64,000 nucleotides of DNA, taken from assembly GCF_006345805.1 (NCBI RefSeq), contig NC_043007.1:41044001-41108000 (forward strand). The letters are read 5' to 3'. This stretch comes from Octopus sinensis. Lineage: Eukaryota. A program made the translations under genes and the position numbers. The notes below the pieces were generated by a model. It saw only the letters and a list, made by a program, of their open reading frames with translations, made no database searches and was not told the DNA's origin. Position 1 is the first letter of the stretch, and the number at the start of each line of letters is the position of its first letter. This document shows, one piece after another, positions 26,200-40,708 of the stretch.

Positions 26200-26960
26200 T
26201 CGAAAATTTGCATACTCGCGCTGGTTTGGTCACAAAAGTAATGAAGACAAAGATCCTTGCACAGGGAGTCCCCGGACAACCTCCTCCTGACACCAGTGAC
26301 ATAAGACTGCGTGCCACTGTTCTGGAAACTGTAGATACTTTCTTATATTATCCAGAATGACATCGAGAATAGGATCAGCACAGTCCGTACTGCTTTCGGA
26401 AAACTCTTCCAAACGAGAATCATGGTATTCCGAGCCGTCGTCCATTCCACACTCCTTTATGGCTGTAAGACGTGGGCGTTGTATTGAGGAAACTTGAAGA
26501 AGATGGAACGTTTCCGCCGGCACAATCTTCGTATAATCATGAGGATTCTATGGACGAACTACACAGCCAATGAAGAGGTTCTGTTCCAGGCTGGACTGCG
26601 CAGCATTCAAACCACCGTGGGAGGATACCACCTCCGCTAGTCGGGACACATTATACGTTTACCTCAAACGCGCCTCAACCGTCAACTCCAAATTCCGCTT
26701 CTGAGACCAACTCAAGTCTTCTCTCCTCTGCTGCACCATTGACCCAAATCCCTAGGGGACAATTGTCAATGACTGCCCAAGGTGGAAGCGTGTCATCGTT
26801 GAGGGAACAGGGCGATGGAAAGCAACAGATGTCAAGAGGCAAAGACCGGACATCTAAGCCGCAAAGAACGACTCACTTCTTTGCCTCTCTGCGATAAATG
26901 CCCCGGTTCTTCCATGCCGCCCTTGGCCTGAACAGCCACCTCAGACACCAATATCATTTG
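26200..26960 (+). mobile_element. RTE-clade LINE 3' fragment, degenerate
   Basis: LETVDTFLY, RISTVRTAFGKL-like, LYGCKTW and late C-x2-C/H motifs typical of the RTE/BovB C-terminus, in broken frames. Confidence 0.6.
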
Positions 26961-27299
26961 CACCCGTCAAAATGAAGAAGCTCGATCACTGGGTACAAAT
27001 CTACTAGTCGGATATGAGCTAATGCCGATATCACACGTGGTTGTATATTAGGGTTGCCAAATGAAATACGGTGTCCCTACCAGCAATTAATAAACACATA
27101 CCAATTACCAAGAATGTGTTTAATATGTAAATTTGTATATCCAATAGCCTTACAAGGAATGTTCATTAAATATTTCCCCTGGCCCACTTCCCAAGGACTG
27201 GAATAAACGAAACTTATTAGTCCTTCTCTAAACCACCAATGGTGACACACATGTCCAATTGCCTTATGTTGTTGTGAAGACCTACTCTGTTGAAGTCGG

Positions 27300-27700
27300 T
27301 AGGTTGCATCTAGAGCCAAGACTTCACTTCATCATCCGAAAAGTGATTGCCTTCAAACAAGGCTTTATGGTTAGAAACAGGTAGAAGTTAGGTGATGCGA
27401 GGTCAGGAGAGTAAGGGGAATGGGAAAGGATTTCATAGCCACGGGAGTGTGCTTTCATCTGGGCAACATGCGTATTGTGAACTAGGGCGTTGTCTTGGAG
27501 GAGGAGGACACATTTGGTCAGCATGCCACACTTCTCTGCTTTGATGGCGTCCCGCAATTTCTGCAACAGAGAAGCTGCCAAAACATCCATCATCACTACT
27601 CCATGCTGATCTCAAAAAGCTGGATATCACTTTGCCTGATAAGGGTTGGATACAAGCCTACTTTAGAGGTGGTGAAAAAAGACATTATAACAATTTTGAT
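27300..27700 (-). mobile_element. mariner transposase fragment
   Basis: LLLQDNALVH...SHSPYSPDLASPNFYLF (DD34D C-terminal motifs). Confidence 0.8.
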
Positions 27701-27953
27701 GAGTCATCAAAATTGTTATAAAGTCTTGTTGCTGAGATGGGTTCTCTTTCTTTCCTGATAAGATTACATTATTTTACAAGTTTATTCATTTGGAATAAAA
27801 GCAATGTTGTCTTCGAAATATATGTCGAAAGTAAAAGAATTGAATAACATCTGCGTTCAACTCCATTTTTTACTTATATATGTATATATATAATATATAT
27901 ATATATATATAATGTATATAATATATATATACTATATATATATATAATATATA

Positions 27954-27989
<36 letters not shown>

Positions 27990-28011
27990 AATATATATAT
28001 ATATGGTGTGT

Positions 28012-28045
<34 letters not shown>

Positions 28046-28144
28046 GTATATATATATATATATATATATAGGGTGGCGAAGACTCGTATAAATATCACCA
28101 CACAGTGGCCTAGCATGTAAAAAAGTCAATAGACAACATATTTG

Positions 28145-28561
28145 TATTTCAAAATAGAAAATTACCCTTAACAGGTAATTTTTACATGCTAGAAATAGCA
28201 ACCAAACAAGGCAAAAACCACAATTTTATAGCAAATTTCGAAGTACATGAAAAATAAAAACCTTTACCTTGTTATATAACGGTTATACCAATGGTTTCGA
28301 ATTTCTTTAGCAAATGATATTGCTTGCCATCTTTTCATAGATAATTTAGCAAGTCCATATTATCTATTAAAAGATGGCAAGCAATATTATTTGCTAAAGA
28401 AATTCGAAACCATTGGAATAACCGTTATATAACAAGGTAAAGGTTTTTATTTTTCATGTACTTCGAAATTTGCTATAAAATTGTGGTTTTTAGCCGTGTT
28501 TGGTTGCTATTTCTAGCATGTAAAAATTACCTGTTAACGGGTAATTTTCTATTTTGAAATA
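28145..28561. repeat. Foldback/MITE hairpin with ~190-bp arms
   Basis: tatttcaaaatagaaaattaccc... is inverted at ...gggtaattttctattttgaaata. Confidence 0.85.
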
Positions 28562-28974
28562 TGTATGTATGTATGTATGTAGTATGTATGTAGGATGTAT
28601 GTATGCATGCATGTATGTAGGTATGTATATGTATATAATATATATATTATATATATATATATATATAATATATACTTTATTTAAAAGCAGCAGAAATATA
28701 ACAGAAGCTTTACTCAGAGTCATTTTAAACAGTGTATACGCATACTAGACTATCTATAATATACATATACATCAAAATACACAGATGCATGCACATAGTT
28801 ACATACATACAGGCATATATATGTAAGACATAAATATACGCACAAATACACATGTACATATATATATATATATATATACATGCACGCAACCATGCCTGGG
28901 TTCAAAAATCTCTTGGTGTATACATATAGAAGTCAGTTATAACAGACAAGAGAGATAGGAAGTATAACTTAAAA

Positions 28975-29175
28975 CAGTGCTTTTCAAAATTTTTGCTGGA
29001 GCGGAACCCCAAGGAAACATTCCACTGGCTCGAGGAACTCCTGTGCAATAATTTAATAGTCTCATGCACACATATCTGCACAGGAGAATTAAAAATTACT
29101 GCCGATTTTAGCAGTTTTGTAACTTCTTGCGGAACCCCTGGACTGTACTGGCGGAACCCTGGTTGAAAACCACTG
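28975..29175. mobile_element. hAT MITE
   Basis: TIR cagtg(c/g)ttttcaa; flanks acttaaaa/acttaaac (8-bp TSD, 7/8 match). Confidence 0.75.
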
Positions 29176-30149
29176 ACTTAAACGTAGGGAGGGAGAAAGA
29201 AAAAAAAAATAAGAAGAACCCTAAACGTAACAGCTAGCGAAAGAAAGAGGGAAGTAAGGGCGGAGAAAAGGAACGCATTGTTTAGGGACGCTACCAAAGT
29301 AATGAATAGGGAGAGAAAGGATACTTTGCGTAAGGAAAGAAAAAAGAAAGAGATAGGTGAGAAAATATGTGTAACAAACGAACACATAAAATGAAATTAC
29401 ATATATATATATTCTGTTGTGTCCGGGGAGAGTCATTTTCTTTTTGTGCCTTATAATTTAACACACTCACCGGTAAAATGACTCTCCTTGGACACAACAG
29501 AATATGCTTCAACACACGAACTCACATAAAGAATCTTGCAAACCAAATCCAAAAACGAAATACACATATGTGTGTGTGTGTGTGTGTGTGTGTACGAGCA
29601 AAACGTCCCCCCGTCCAATGGACGGTGCTAAGTTGTCAAACATTTAAACCAAATTTTCTCAAAACAACTTGTCCGACTGTCCCATAGGCCTCCCCTTTGA
29701 GAAACACTGATTTAACCTAAATTTGAGACAACAGCAAAAGAAGAAATAACGATAGACTTTTTTCTATTCCAAAGAAAAACGATTTTATTCACATAAATAT
29801 GCAACCGAAGAGTTTAAAGTACCAGTAAACGATAAGGATGTTGACTGGGAGAACACAAACACGGTGTAAACAGTAAGCTTGGCAGGAAAGAAACGTGCCT
29901 TTAAGCAGTACAAAAACAGCAAAAAATGGAAGGTGCAGTTATGTACAGGTTGACGGAAGAAAAGCAGAACAAAAACGGTTGTATCGATCGCATTCTTACC
30001 TGGAATCGATTTTTGTAATTTTTTCAAGACTTATACATGCCCTGATACCGTCGGTAACTACATATCAAATTTGAGCGCAATCGGATGGAGGATGCCCGAG
30101 ATCCGAGAAGACACACACAGACAGACAGACAGAATGGATTTTATATAAG

Positions 30150-30190
<41 letters not shown>

Positions 30191-31204
30191 AGTATATATT
30201 AGCATATAAATACACAAGATCACGCATATAAATATATAGAAATATGAACGTAAATACATATCCCCACAAATATAAGTGTATACATGCATGCATATACATC
30301 CATGTACATATGTGTACAAGTATAAACATACACGCTTACTTACACATATATACAGATGCACATATACAAATACATATGCATGCCTACGATACAGACATCC
30401 ACATAAAACATACATAGGTCCTAACGTGTATATACAGACAACTTTTTTTTTTAATTGCTGAGTGTATAATAATAAAAATTGGATAAAAGATATGCAAAAT
30501 GGAACACCATATATCGAATTATCTATAAATATAACGATTATTGATCAGACCTCGTATTGCTTTTATCAGTTGCTATCATTGAATAGAGGTAGTAAGCGGT
30601 GAGCTGCTATGATAGTTAGTACGCCGGACAAAATACTTAGCGGCATTTCCTCTGTCTTGACATTCTGAGTTCAAATTCTGTTGAGGTTGACTTTGCTTTA
30701 CATCCCATTCGGGGGTCGATAAAATAAATACCAGTAGAGCACTAGGATCCATGTAATCGACTTATCACCTACCCTGAAATTACTGGCATTGTGTCCAAAA
30801 TTGAAACCCATTATCAAATAGAGGTAGAAGGCGGCGAGTTAGCAAGATCGTTAGCACATGAGGCAAAATTCTTAACGGTATTTGTTCCGACTCTTTACGT
30901 TCTGAGTTCAAATGCCGCCGTGGTTCGCTTTGTTTTTCATCATTTCGGAGGGGATAAGGTAAGTACCAGTTGAGCGATAGAGTGGATGTAATCGACTAGG
31001 CCCTTCACACCACAAAGTTTCAGTCTGTGCTCCAAGAGTAGAAAGTTTCAGATATGCGAGTGCGTAATAAAAAGATACAATGGTCTCTGCTTGAATGGAA
31101 TTCCCCATAGATTTGATTAACCTGTACTGAATTGAGCGAAATCATATCATTATTTTTCGGTTCGTTTTCTCTTCCAGCTCGTCTGATGACTGCCAAAAGA
31201 AAAT

Positions 31205-31373
31205 ATGGAAAAAGATCAAGAGGCGCAATTCAAAATGTGGTCTGCTACAGTCAATGTGGATTATGTTATGAATGGGCTTGGAACGAAAGGTTACTTCCAC
31301 ACATCACAATTCCTGCTCTGGTGTCTCACAGCACTTGTAGCATCAGGCAATCTTAACCTTTACATCTTCAGCG
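31205..31373 (+). CDS. SLC22-like first coding exon, copy 1 (intact)
   Basis: MEKDQEAQFKMWSATVNVDYVMNGLGTKGYFHTSQFLLWCLTALVASGNLNLYIFS + G|gtgagt (phase 1); acceptor cttccag| at 31177. Confidence 0.75.
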
Positions 31374-31681
31374 GTGAGTTTTCAACTGTTACGTCTTCAG
31401 ATTGTGACATCCATCCATTCATCCATCCATCCATACATACATACATACATACATACATACATACATACATACATACATAGTTGTTGAAATTCCAATGAAG
31501 GAGCTTCGGATCTTGGTTAGAAACCGGTTCTTTCTCTATTGACAAAAAACCTTGAAATAAAACTGAAAAAATACATACCTATATACATACATACATGCTA
31601 CATGCAGGTATCAGGCATACATACATTCATGCAGGCATATATATGTTCACACATCCTCACACACACAAACGCGCACACACA

Positions 31682-31725
<44 letters not shown>

Positions 31726-32062
31726 TGAGCAAAGGATTGAAGATGACGATATTACATTTTTAATCAGTGATCATCGTTTCAATAATCGATATAAGTTTTT
31801 TGCTCAAACAACATGCATGCTATGTAAATTCATACGATATTAAATGATATTTCTACTTATCATTCCTTCGAAGTCCCAAAATAACATTGCACTAAGTTAA
31901 AAGACATTCTATGTATACGAATATCTCTTGTATAAACGTCATCTGCTCAAAGGACAACTGGCGAACGCTTTTGTTCGAAAAATAGAGAAATAAATTATTA
32001 TATTTGCCAGGAAACTCTGGATAGCTGTACTTAACAATATTTGTGTTTTTTACTATAACATT

Positions 32063-32096
<34 letters not shown>

Positions 32097-32479
32097 CACA
32101 CTCACACACATATATACGTGTGTGTATATATGTGCAAAAAATTTTAAAAAAAGGAAAATGCACTCACTTTACATCGGTTTGATTTTTTTTCAGTATATTT
32201 TATATTGTTTGTCGACCGGTTTCGCTTTCACTAATCATAACATTGAAATTATTGTAATTCCGCATTTTCTTAAGAAGATTTTAGTTCATGTTGTGTGTGA
32301 AGTTTGTAAATGAATGATTGAGCAGTTATAAAAATCTAAGGGGATGTAATTGGTGATCGTTATTATTGGGGACAGGAAGATAATTGTTTATCTTTCGGGG
32401 AGGGAATAAATAAGTATATATATACAAAAACTCAAAAGCTAAAGTAGTGAGATGAAACATATACAGTGATGGGTATGTG

Positions 32480-33200
32480 ATCATGAATTAAAATATATAC
32501 TGAGATCAAAGTTGGTTATGCTTTCATATTTAGACGTGTTCTGTATTTTTTCGATGAGCAAATTTTCTTTATTTAAACTTTCTTGTATAGAAATTGTTTC
32601 TTTGCACTGGTAGATGGGGAAAACTGTGAAATTTGATTGGATATTCCCTGCACACATGTCTATGTGTTCACTCAAAGGAATCTGTGTGTATTGAAGGAAC
32701 CAGATCTGTTCCTTGTGTAGTGTGGTTCTCTGTCTCATACTTGTCTGTCCTATATAGTTATGTCCACAACCTGAGCAAGTTATAAATTAGATTCTCGAAA
32801 GCTCAAGTGAAGCTGGTTTTAGTTATGAACCTTTCTCCTTGTTTGAATAGGAATTCCAAGCTTTCCAGTAGGTTGGGGAATGTTCTACAGTTTGGGTGTC
32901 CACATTTTTAAACGTTGGTTTCGTAGTTGTTGTGTAAATTTTCGCATTTTTAGAAGTCTTTTCAACGATTTGTGTTGCTTTTGGCATTTGATGAATTTAT
33001 GTTTTCAGAATGTTGTTCATTTTGGGGTCTCTGGTGAACATAGGTAGATTTTGTACAATAGTTTTGTATGCCACATTGTTTACAGGATTGTGAGTTGATA
33101 TATACAGAAGCGTTTTGAGATGAGGTGTTGCGTTAGGTTTCCTTCACCTTAATGTTTTAATGTCTAATTTCTTTGCACGCTTAATTCCATCGTTTATAAG
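32480..33200 (-). mobile_element. Penelope-like element 3' fragment (GIY-YIG C-terminus)
   Basis: QIPLSEHIDMCA...KENLLIEK, homologous to the GIY-YIG ORF at 44483-44839. Confidence 0.65.
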
Positions 33201-34008
33201 TGACGGCATCTTCAAGACCTCAGAACAACACTAACTAAATGACAATATATTCACCCTCACTTAAAGAAACATACACATACTATTCGTTCTTCACTCCACT
33301 TTTATTGTTTTTCCTATTTTAGTGTCCTATGTCTGAAATCTTTCGTCACACATTTTGTGATCCATTCAACGATTCCTCATCCCATGTGTCTCCTTCTGTT
33401 GTGTTTAGTCCACTCTGTATTTCTGTTGTACATACCCTTATCCACACATGTGTTTGCATCTCTATCTCTGTGTGTGCGCGCACGCGTATCTATAAGTTTT
33501 GTATGTATGTTTTGTGTGTGTATATCTAGGCTTCATTACTTTATTGCTTGTACCCGTGTCCTTTATTTAGTTTCTTTTTTATTTCCTTATTTATTTCTCT
33601 AATTTTGTCTCATTCTGTCTTCGGTATGTAAATGTATGTCCTTGGAGGGGGGAGAGGTTTATGTATTATACTATTTGTATCTTTTTTCTTTTATCTCATA
33701 GCCATCATGCTGTGTAGTTTAGAGGGGAGTGTTAGACTTCCATTCGTGTTTTCTTTTGAAGATTGGTCTGTCTACTCCGATGTGTGTGGCCTCTATAATC
33801 TAAGTGTCGTTTCTGTTCTATGTGTTGATAATACCTTAACAACAGCGCCTCTATGTTCTAATAGAGCGTGTTAGTGGTGCAATGACTATCATTCTTCTCT
33901 TCGGCTACCCCCTAGTATTCACCAATCCGCTCCCCTACGCTACGTTAAGTCACCCCAATGTATGTTGATAGATAGACGCTAAAATGCAGACACAGAGACA
34001 GACAAACT

Positions 34009-34091
<83 letters not shown>

Positions 34092-34116
34092 TGATAGATA
34101 GATAGATAGATAGATA

Positions 34117-35046
34117 ACTTTCTTTATTGGCCACACAGGGCTGAACATAGAGGGGACAAATACAATGTAGAGTTTTTCTTTTCAAGGGGCGAGGCGAAAA
34201 TAAATAAAAATAAAAATAGGGACAGCGATCAAAAAGGATCGAAATCGTTTGGGATGTACAAAAGTCGAAATAGTTCAAAAAGTTCTCAAAAGTGGGTAGG
34301 TATATCTGTGAACAGAAAAATCTACGAAAAAAACACATTTACAAGTAGGTAACTCTCTTTTTTCCTTTGTTTTTCTGGTTCATAGGATTATTCTCAAGGT
34401 GACTCTGTCATTCACATATGCCATCCTTGCAACATTCACCCATCTTTTGTTGAAGCATTCGCTAGACAAGACTTCCCTCTCTACTCTGACCTTCCTTTTC
34501 AAGTGATACTTGAAGAAGTTGATGAGAGATTGACCAAAGAAGAAAGTGTTTGTCTCTAGTCCTTTCAGACGCGTCCACCAAACACATTCTTTCGCCATAA
34601 CTACAAGTACGAAGAAAGTGGCTCTTCCTTCCCGTTTGAAGGAAGGAGGCGCGACAATATTGACGATAGACTCGGCTGATAAACCAACTCGTCCCATACA
34701 TGACAGCAGTCGTTTGGCATAAGCCCACAGGTCGGAAATGGTTGGACACTGCACGAGTGCGTGCAAAACGGTTTCATTGCTCTGACCGCATCTCGGGAAG
34801 GTCGGCCCGGTGCTTCTCGAGCCATGCCTGCAGAGCTTATCCCGAACGGGTAGCGCTTCTCAATAGCACTGCCAGGTCAGGGATCTCTGGAAGTTGTCTG
34901 TAGGTCCCGGCCCGAAAATCGTCTTGAACAGGCGGGTCAGGTATTCCTCGTCAACGCCCACGTTCGCCCCGAGATCGTCGTACCGCCCCTCCACTAATCC
35001 CCTATAGAATGCTTTGGTTGTGATGAGTCGGCATAGTTGCTCGAGA
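34117..35046 (-). mobile_element. 5'-truncated Tx1 LINE within (GATA)n
   Basis: HALVQCPTISDLW zinc-finger region and YHLKRKVRVER terminus; 3' end ...ggccaataaagaaag abuts (TATC)n; GATA arrays on both flanks. Confidence 0.8.
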
Positions 35047-35056
35047 GATAGATATT

Positions 35057-35148
<92 letters not shown>

Positions 35149-35676
35149 AAGATAGATAAATTGCTTCCTGTCAACGTATCTCTTAATCTAGATAGATATG
35201 TAAAGAGAATGCCTTCTTATCTAACTACATAGCTCCCTGCATAATTATCTAGCTAGCTACGTATCAAGCTACATGCACTTTTCTACTTTTTAACATTTTT
35301 TATGTTGTATAGATGTTGTATAAGTCCACGAATAAGTCTGTAGCCACACGGGATCTTAATTACAAGCTTATTTCATTAAATTCTTCTAATATTTTATTCG
35401 ACGTTCTATCTTATATATCTCAAACGTATTTCCGCTTCACAAACACGAGGGCAAGAATCCAGCAGCCCTTCTTTACTTAATTTCGTTCCCTTCTACTACC
35501 ACAAACTTGTTTTGTCTTCTTTTGCGGTCTCATTATCCACATAAATATTCTTTAGAGGTCATTATGCGATCATTTACATTCTTTTTGTCGATTCGCCTAA
35601 TTATCATTTTGTCATTCCTGAAGCCATTTATGCTACTTTCTTGAAACCATTTATGAAACGCATTCTCCATGCCTGT

Positions 35677-35724
<48 letters not shown>

Positions 35725-35790
35725 TTATCTATCTATTTATCTATCTATCCGTTCTTCGTGTATATATATGTATATATGTATATATATATA

Positions 35791-35839
<49 letters not shown>

Positions 35840-37059
35840 TATATATAATATATTAATAAATAAAACATATGCATATATATAAACATATATGTACGTACCT
35901 ACCTCTACATGTATATATACACGCATATATGAGTACAGGACACCAAAAAAACGTCGAACACAATGAGAAACGGAAACATAAACACAAAAACAAGGAACTG
36001 GACATTTTTCTTAAACAACAAAAAAATAGAGTACAGGACAAATAACACAAGGGAAATTCCCCTTCTTCAGTCGCCATGGTTTTTCATCTACTCTGCGTTT
36101 CGAAGGTGAAGGCGATACGCATCTTCGATAGAAACTTTCCTTCCTGCGAAAAGCAAATCAAATGAAATTTGAGATCTTTTTGCAGAGGGGTAAAAATGGT
36201 AACAAAAACAGGACAGTGACGACAGTACAAAATATAAACAGTAAAAGACAGGACAAGGAGAATAACAAGACAAGAAGGGCTGTTAAGCCGAATGAGAAAA
36301 AGTATTACGAATGCTATTTTTGAGGACAGCGAAGGAGCAAAGAAAATGCCATCCACACTTCAAGGAAGTCAGGCCAGAAAAGACAGTAGCAGAGCTCTCG
36401 TCGCAGGTTATATATATATATGCAAATAACGAGAGAGAAAATGGAAAACATGACAATTAAACACAGAGAAAGGACCCTTCACCAATTGTCAGCTGTCTGT
36501 CAACTCCTCGTTTCGATCATTGAACGACAATATGAGTCTTCAAAGATTGTTGCTCATATAAATTCTAAAATAAAATTTAGGATTTATGGAGGGTCAAAGC
36601 TGGGAACAAAAACAGGTCAGTGGAGGCATACAAGGAAACCGAACGAAAACAAACATGGAGGGTCATTCGTGCCCTTATACAAGTGATACAACATTAGTTT
36701 ATGCAGGTGTTTTTACACATCTCATGCTTATACAACCATATTCGTGGTCCTTTCGTCTAGAGAGAGAAAAAACGTCCAGTCCTTTGAACCTCCATGCAGA
36801 AAAAGAAGGATGGTCACGTGAGGAAAAGAAAGATGGACGATGGTCACGATTGAGCAACTAGAAAGCGAAAAAGAGAAAGAGGGAGAGAAAGAGAGACGGA
36901 CAGAAAACGATGAAACAGTGAGGGGGAAAAGAGAATTAGAGAAGGATGGAGGAAGAAAAGAGCGTAGAGTCGCATCAAGAAGGTGAAGATAAACGATAAA
37001 ACTTACTTGAAAATGGATGCGTGGCCTTCAATTAAATAATAATAATATAATAATAATAA

Positions 37060-37102
<43 letters not shown>

Positions 37103-37699
37103 CAAGGCACATGGCTAAGTGGTTAGGGTTTGCACTCTCGATTGTTAGATCGTGGGTTCGATTCCCAGACCGGGTGTTGCGTTGTGTTCTTGAGCAAAGC
37201 ACTTCATTTCACGTGGCTCTGCGATCATTTCGACATCTGATATGTGACACCCAGTTACACCTGTACAGGTAATGTCGATTTCATAGCGGGAGTGAGCTTA
37301 CGTCTACACAAATATTTGATCGCTATAAACAAATCATCTATGTGGTTGTTCGGTAAGAAATTGTCGAACCCTCATATGTCGTCTAACGATGGAAGAGTCC
37401 ATGATATATATATTAATATATATTATATATATATATAATATAATTTAAAATTAAAAATTAGGATAAAATCTTAATAAGAAATCTTAACAAGAAATTATCA
37501 GGTAGTTAGCGTGAAAAACCTCATAAGAGAAAAAATCTGTAAAATTTTTTCACTTGAAAATATTTATTTATATAATATAGAGGGCATTATTACACATAAA
37601 TGCCACACGCTAGGAGGGACTTTTAAAGTCAAACTACCAAAAATAAACGAATCGTACCGAATGCAGCTCTCGAAGCAAGACATTTCAAAACAGAATTTA

Positions 37700-37763
37700 G
37701 TTCCAGATCACCTGTGATTTCGCAATTAACGTATTATCTACGTCTCTTGTTCTTCAGTGAAAC
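37700..37763 (-). ncRNA. Type I hammerhead ribozyme motif
   Basis: GTTTCA CTGAAGA ACAA...TTGC GAA ATCAC AG GTGAT C TGGAAC; 6-bp stem I, near-palindromic stem III, AUC cleavage triplet, A-C mismatch at 10.1-11.1. Confidence 0.6.
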
Positions 37764-37844
37764 GAATTCAAAATATATCGTGAATGAACAAAACCAACAT
37801 ACCCGGCGGAACCAAACAGATATATATATATATATATATAATAT

Positions 37845-37875
<31 letters not shown>

Positions 37876-38089
37876 TGAGAAAAAAGTTCGCGAGAATTTT
37901 GGGAAAAATATTTTTATTTATTCATTAGTACACATTTCTCGAATTTGTCAAATAGAATTTTTTGAATGTACAAGCACCTTGTTCATTTATATAAAACAGA
38001 TGATTTTGGGGGTTTTGTTTAGAAGATAACAATGTTTTTTTGTGAAGTTCCTTGACAATGGACACAGAGAGACAGACAGATAGACAGAC

Positions 38090-38162
<73 letters not shown>

Positions 38163-38164
38163 GT

Positions 38165-38308
<144 letters not shown>

Positions 38309-38692
38309 GATGGGGGGAGAGAGTAGAAGGAGGATCCGCCTTCCTATTCACCATTCATTTATTCATTTAGTCATTTACCATTGTATTGAAATGGGTTTAA
38401 GGATGGTGACCTACACGACAAAAATATGTCACCATCATTTGCATTCTTAAATCATCATTTGCATTCTTAAACCCATTTAAATACAATGGTAAATGACTAA
38501 ATAAATAAATGGTGGATATATATATGTATAGATATGTTTATACACGCTCAGAAAGAATACAAGTTATATATTTATATATGCACACACACACACAAACACG
38601 CACGCACACATCCATACACACATATATACATGGGTATCCGTGCGTTTATGTGTCAATGCACGAGTATTTGTATACGTGTGTGTATATATATA

Positions 38693-38741
<49 letters not shown>

Positions 38742-39252
38742 TAAATACACACGTATATTATTTTTACTTCGTGCTTGTGCATTATCTGTGTGTGTGCACA
38801 TGTGTATGCGCGTGTATGTGTATTCGCGTATGTGTCTCTGTGAATATGTATGTATGCGTGTGTGTAAGCGAGGCACACTTGAAAATCAAAGGTTGTATCT
38901 TAATTCCTCCGTTTGTTTCACAGAGGTGTGTTTTATATATAGTTCGTACGTGTGTATACATATAATTATACTCTCCCCCACAAACACCGAGATAAATACA
39001 TGCATTTAAGTGTGTGTATATATATATGTATATATATATATATGCATTTAAGTGTATTACTATGTATATATACATGTATGTATGAGTGTGTGTATGAATG
39101 TATGTATGAATGTATGTATGATATCATTTTACCTAATGATGTATTTTTATCTGTCTCTTATTCACTTCGAAATCTTCATCTCCGTATCTTAATTCGTGCA
39201 GCCATTTACAATAGATTTATGTTTGTTGGATCAAGACGACATTTGTCAGAAC

Positions 39253-39391
39253 ATGGATATTCCTGCAGCCAACATCAACAATATTCTTAAGCAACTTGGA
39301 AGTAAAAATAGGTTCCATGTTTCTCAGCTGACCATTTGGTGCTTCTCCACTACCATTATTTTGGTGAACATTAATTTCTTCCTCTTTACAA
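39253..39391 (+). CDS. SLC22-like first coding exon, copy 2 (intact)
   Basis: MDIPAANINNILKQLGSKNRFHVSQLTIWCFSTTIILVNINFFLFT + A|gtgagt; acceptor gtgcag| at 39201. Confidence 0.75.
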
Positions 39392-39630
39392 GTGAGTTGT
39401 GTTTTCCTGAAAATTATGTTTAGAAAAAAATTTTCTATGTATCAATGCAACTATGTATGAATGTATGGATGGATGGATGTACATATATGTGTATTTGTGT
39501 ATGCGTACGTTTGTATGCATGTATGTAGCTATGTATACATATATATATATATGATACATTAAAGGTCAGTTTTAATCTGGCTTGCTTGCTTGCTTGCAAT
39601 GTTACCCTGGCAGAATCTTTTCCTTTATTT

Positions 39631-40200
39631 GGGCAGCTCGATTAATTAATTTTCTTTAACTAAACACTTTGAAACTTCGTATACTGGTAGAATTGGCAAT
39701 TGTCCGGAATCTCCATATCCGGAAACCTGAGTTTTGGGCAAAAAAAAAACATTTTTAAAAAACAATAATTTACAAGAAAATGGGTGGGGCGGGAGGTAAT
39801 CTTTCCGAAAATAGTAGCTGGAAAACAGGGAGAAAAAAACCTAAAAGCAGTAGAAATGCACGAACGATTATGGTGGTGTCATGAAGTAAACGTGCTTCAG
39901 ATACACTTGTTTATTCATACGAACGTAACTGAGATGAAATATGTCATAAATAACAGTGACAAACGAAATATACACCGCCGGAAGTTGTTGACAAACAACA
40001 GCAGTAATTTTATTCAGTTGAATACACGTCATTGATTGGTTGAAATTACCGAAACACGACAACTTTAACACGAAATAACTTCGAAAATAGAAACTTTCCT
40101 CAACAATGCTAAGAGTAAAACATGTTCTGTATGACGCATTCTACCAGTATCCAAAGTTTCAAAGTGTTTAGTTAAAGAAAATTAATTAATCGAGCTGCCC
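39631..40200. mobile_element. MITE with ~60-bp TIRs
   Basis: gggcagctcgattaattaattttctttaactaaacactttgaaac... inverted at 40141-40200; no clear TSD. Confidence 0.75.
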
Positions 40201-40708
40201 ATCAAAAGAGAAAGTTCCCTGGCACATAATGGGAAAATACTATGAATTAAGTTTACTCCGAATGCAATGAAACAAATTTCGCGTAAATTGGAGCTGTAGT
40301 TATTCGGGGTTTCGAATATAAATGTCCAAAACAGTGTATAATATGAAAATGTTCCGAATTTAACTTCATCCTGAAAGGGAAGAAAATCTAACCTTTCGAT
40401 TAGACTGATTTGACAACGAAAAAGTACGATTTGTTTTTTTACAGTAAATATATATACATACAAGCTTCGACAGAGTAACAGTCATATATACAACTTGAAC
40501 AGACACACATATCAGTACATAAACATACGTTTGCATATACATACACATATCCACACACGCAGACACGTCTACACACACACACACACACACACACATACAT
40601 ACATACATACATACATACATACATACATACATACATACATACATACATACATACATACTATGGCTGCCCCCTCGTTATCGAGTATGGCCATTGCACGAAG
40701 CTTAACTG

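Noticed and set aside
36060-36135. CTGAAGAAGGGG and CGAAACGC motifs on the minus strand
   Set aside because: Order and pairing do not give a consistent hammerhead fold by eye
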